Below are positions 15,355 through 17,618 of a DNA stretch of 17,618 bases, one piece after another (the stretch's first letter is position 1; every line of letters starts with the position of its first letter). The notes beneath the pieces are model-generated. The model was not told where the DNA came from. It did no database searches and worked only from the letters and a program-made list of their open reading frames with translations. The stretch covers positions 1,823 through 19,440 of the forward strand of contig CAXTKV010000091.1 of NCBI GenBank assembly GCA_964244895.1, written 5' to 3'. The DNA is from an uncultured Deinococcales bacterium (GTDB lineage Bacteria > Deinococcota > Deinococci > Deinococcales > JAAFIG01). The position numbers and the translations under genes were made by a program.

Positions 15355-15959
15355 CAAGAACCGAACCGCGCCGAGAACCCCGCCAGATCCGCAGCCAACG
15401 CCGGGTCGAAAAAATCCTCGATGCCGCCCTGCAAATCTTCGCGGAATCCGGCTTCGAGGCCGCCACCACCAACGCCATCGCGGAACGCGCCGAGGTCAGC
15501 ATCGGATCGGTCTACCAGTTCTTTCCAAACAAGGCGGCGCTGCTGATTCAACTCAACCTGCGCTGCCTGGACGACCTGCGCGTCACGCTCAAGGACGTGT
15601 TCGTGCCGGAACTCGAGCAATTGCCCCGGCAAGTCATGATCGAAGTCGTGATCGACGCGCTCGGCGGGTTCCAGCAGCGCAACTGCAACGCGTTGCGCGT
15701 GCTGAACACCGCCCGCGTACCCGAACTGATCAGCTCCGCCGATACCGTCGCCACCGAAGCCTGCCGTCACGTCGAACGCCTGCTGGAAGTGACCTACCCC
15801 GACCTCGAGCCCGAACGCCGCGCGACCATCGCCAGCGTGTGCTTCACCGCCACGGACGCGCTTTTTTACCTCTCCTCCATCGGTGATGCCGCCGCGCAAA
15901 ACCGCGTGCTGAACGAGATCAAGATTCTGCTGAAAGCCTACATCGGCACGCTCGAGTAG
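15333..15959 (+). CDS. TetR/AcrR family transcriptional regulator
   Basis: PRQIRSQRRVEKILDAALQIFAESGFEAATTNAIAERAEVSIGSVYQFFPNKAAL helix-turn-helix. Confidence 0.95.
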   Translation: MRANTQVSRTEPRREPRQIRSQRRVEKILDAALQIFAESGFEAATTNAIAERAEVSIGSVYQFFPNKAALLIQLNLRCLDDLRVTLKDVFVPELEQLPRQVMIEVVIDALGGFQQRNCNALRVLNTARVPELISSADTVATEACRHVERLLEVTYPDLEPERRATIASVCFTATDALFYLSSIGDAAAQNRVLNEIKILLKAYIGTLE

Positions 15960-16017
15960 CACCGTCCTGGACGCGTATTTCTGTGATCAGAAAAGACCGT
16001 CCAGCACGGTCTTCTCG
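15960..16017. repeat. ACCGTCC-family REP-like elements
   Basis: CACCGTCCTGGACGCG and AAGACCGTCCAGCACGGTCTT right after the tetR stop. Confidence 0.7.
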
Positions 16018-16143
16018 AATCTCGAGCCATTGATTACTTCTGACACTTTGCCATCGCGAAGCTCGAGAACACCGACTGGCTCGGGCGAATCTCGAGTCCA
16101 GGGCGTACCCGAGATCAATCTCGAGGCATCGTTCCCGCGCGAA

Positions 16144-16167
16144 GGCGAACAGACCGTTCGCCCCTAC
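16144..16167. repeat. GTAG-type REP-like palindrome (minus orientation)
   Basis: GGCGAAC-AGACC-GTTCGCCCCTAC. Confidence 0.65.
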
Positions 16168-16232
16168 GAACACCTGTGACCGACGCAAACCCACAGGACA
16201 CGCGCCACGGACAATTCGACTAGGCTCGAGCC

Positions 16233-17306
16233 ATGAAACACCTCAGATTCGCCGCGACGCTGATCGCCGTCTGCCTCGGTTCTCGAGCCCTGGCGCACGT
16301 CAAATGGTTCTACCGCGGTGAACGCCCGCCGCTGGATTGGGCCTCGTTCTTTCAACCGTTGCCGCTCGCGTTCGCGCTCGGAACGGTGATCGCCGTGATC
16401 GGATTGTGGTTCCTGCAACGCGCGCGCAGCGGTCGCGGTTTCCTGCCGACGCTCGAATTTTTTGGCGCGACCCCGGAGAGGCGCATGGGATTGTACGGCT
16501 TCGCCCCCGCCATTTTGGGGATTCACCTGGCGGTTCCGTTGTTCGTTTCCGGCGTGACCGGGCATCTGTTTTCGCCGGACAACGCCCTGCCGACGGGCTG
16601 GAATTACCTGATCGGGCTGGCGCAGGCGGGCATCGCGCTGTCCTTTTTTTACGGCGGCCTGACCCGGATTGCCGCGCTGTTGCTGGCCTGGTTGTGGTTG
16701 CTGGGTGCGGTACTGCTGGGGCTCGAGCCGATGATGGACAACGCGCTGGTGCTGGGCTTCGCCGCCTTCTTTTTTCTGGCCGGTCGCGGCCCGATCAGCG
16801 TGGATCGCCTGATCCTGCCGCGTTTTGAACCGCCCGCCAACCTGATGCGGCACGCCGTGAACGCCCTGCGGGTCGGCGTGGGCGTCAGCCTGGTCGCGGC
16901 GGCCTTCAGCGAGAAGCTGGCCAACCCCGCGCTGGCGCAAGCCTTTCTGGGACAGTACGCGCTCAACTTCACGTCGGCCCTGGGGATTCCGTTGCAGAAC
17001 AACGTCTTCATCCTGGCGGCGGGCACGGTCGAATTGCTGGTCGGGTTGTGCCTGATCTTCGATGTCTTCACGCGCGAGATCATCCTGGTGGCCTGGGTGC
17101 CGATCAACCTGACGCTGACAATTTTTGACTGGACGGAACTGGTCGGGCACCTGCCGATCTACGGCGCGATGGCGGTGCTGCTGGTCTGGGAGAACACGCC
17201 AGAAAACCTGAGCTTGTGGATTCGCGGCCTGCGCGAAGGGCCGCTGGCGATCCCAAAGCCGGAAGCTCCAGGCTCAGGAAGACCGTCCAGCACGCTTAAA
17301 GCCTGA
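16233..17306 (+). CDS. DoxX-like polytopic membrane protein with signal peptide and N-terminal HVKWF
   Basis: ALA-HVKWF, GRGPISVD, SEKLANP, GTVELLVG, ELVGHLPIYG; TAGGCT 6 nt before ATG. Confidence 0.85.
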   Translation: MKHLRFAATLIAVCLGSRALAHVKWFYRGERPPLDWASFFQPLPLAFALGTVIAVIGLWFLQRARSGRGFLPTLEFFGATPERRMGLYGFAPAILGIHLAVPLFVSGVTGHLFSPDNALPTGWNYLIGLAQAGIALSFFYGGLTRIAALLLAWLWLLGAVLLGLEPMMDNALVLGFAAFFFLAGRGPISVDRLILPRFEPPANLMRHAVNALRVGVGVSLVAAAFSEKLANPALAQAFLGQYALNFTSALGIPLQNNVFILAAGTVELLVGLCLIFDVFTREIILVAWVPINLTLTIFDWTELVGHLPIYGAMAVLLVWENTPENLSLWIRGLREGPLAIPKPEAPGSGRPSSTLKA

Positions 17307-17332
17307 TGTTAAAAATGCGTCCAGGACGGTCT
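17280..17332. repeat. ACCGTCC-family REP overlapping the DoxX 3' end
   Basis: AGACCGTCCAGCACGC ... GCGTCCAGGACGGTCT. Confidence 0.7.
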
Positions 17333-17461
17333 CCCCAAAATCTCAGGCGGGTTTCCGGTCATCCAGCACGCGATTCTCGAGGGCCACACGAACCCCGAGG
17401 AACGCAGGAAAGTGACTGGACGCACATAGACCCCGTGAGACCCAGTAGAATCCGCGAAGCC

Positions 17462-17618
17462 ATGTCCACCAAACCAAAAACCGCGCTCGACCGTTTCAGA
17501 TCGTGGCTGCTCGAGGGCCAACGCCAGCCGGACGCCGAAGTCGAAGGCCCCTACGAGGACGAGCACGCCGTCAAAACCCAGCATCACACGCACCCGTGGT
17601 GGCAGGTGATGTGCTTAA
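17462..17618 (+). CDS. 5' fragment of an APC-type amino acid transporter (runs off the window; not in the ORF track)
   Basis: MSTKPKTALDRFRSWLLEG...HHTHPWWQVMCL; WWxVMCL(TGVDY) is recalled as the conserved N-terminus of this transporter family; TAGAAT 10 nt upstream. Confidence 0.7.
   Translation, partial: MSTKPKTALDRFRSWLLEGQRQPDAEVEGPYEDEHAVKTQHHTHPWWQVMCL

Noticed and set aside
17309..17593. 94-aa minus-strand ORF
   Set aside because: Antisense to the partial transporter gene starting at 17462 and runs into REP sequence.

Overview
GC-rich bacterial window, probably Deinococcota. That assignment is inferred from TANNNT -10 boxes sitting just before start codons and strong CTCGAG over-use. 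Left part: a zinc-ribbon Ser/Thr kinase, a Pro-rich membrane protein, an FKBP lipoprotein, two paralogous secreted Met-repeat proteins each with an ECF-sigma-type promoter, and a PLP aminotransferase. Centre and right: an ~8.7 kb minus-strand cluster of copper-related genes. In transcription order it encodes a membrane protein with two PmoC/AmoC-like DxxWH...H sites, three YtkA/Ig-like surface proteins, a membrane polyferredoxin, a CxxC+RAPP (DUF2946/CruR/CutF-like) leader, YcnI, three CopC paralogs and a CopD-YtkA fusion. A divergent TetR with candidate operators follows, then a DoxX-like protein with an N-terminal His and the 5' end of an APC-type transporter. Intergenic DNA carries two REP-like palindrome families. 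In two separate loci a 39-bp unit sits in tandem (x3 and x2) at the same base of one REP family. All calls come from reading the sequence; no searches were run.
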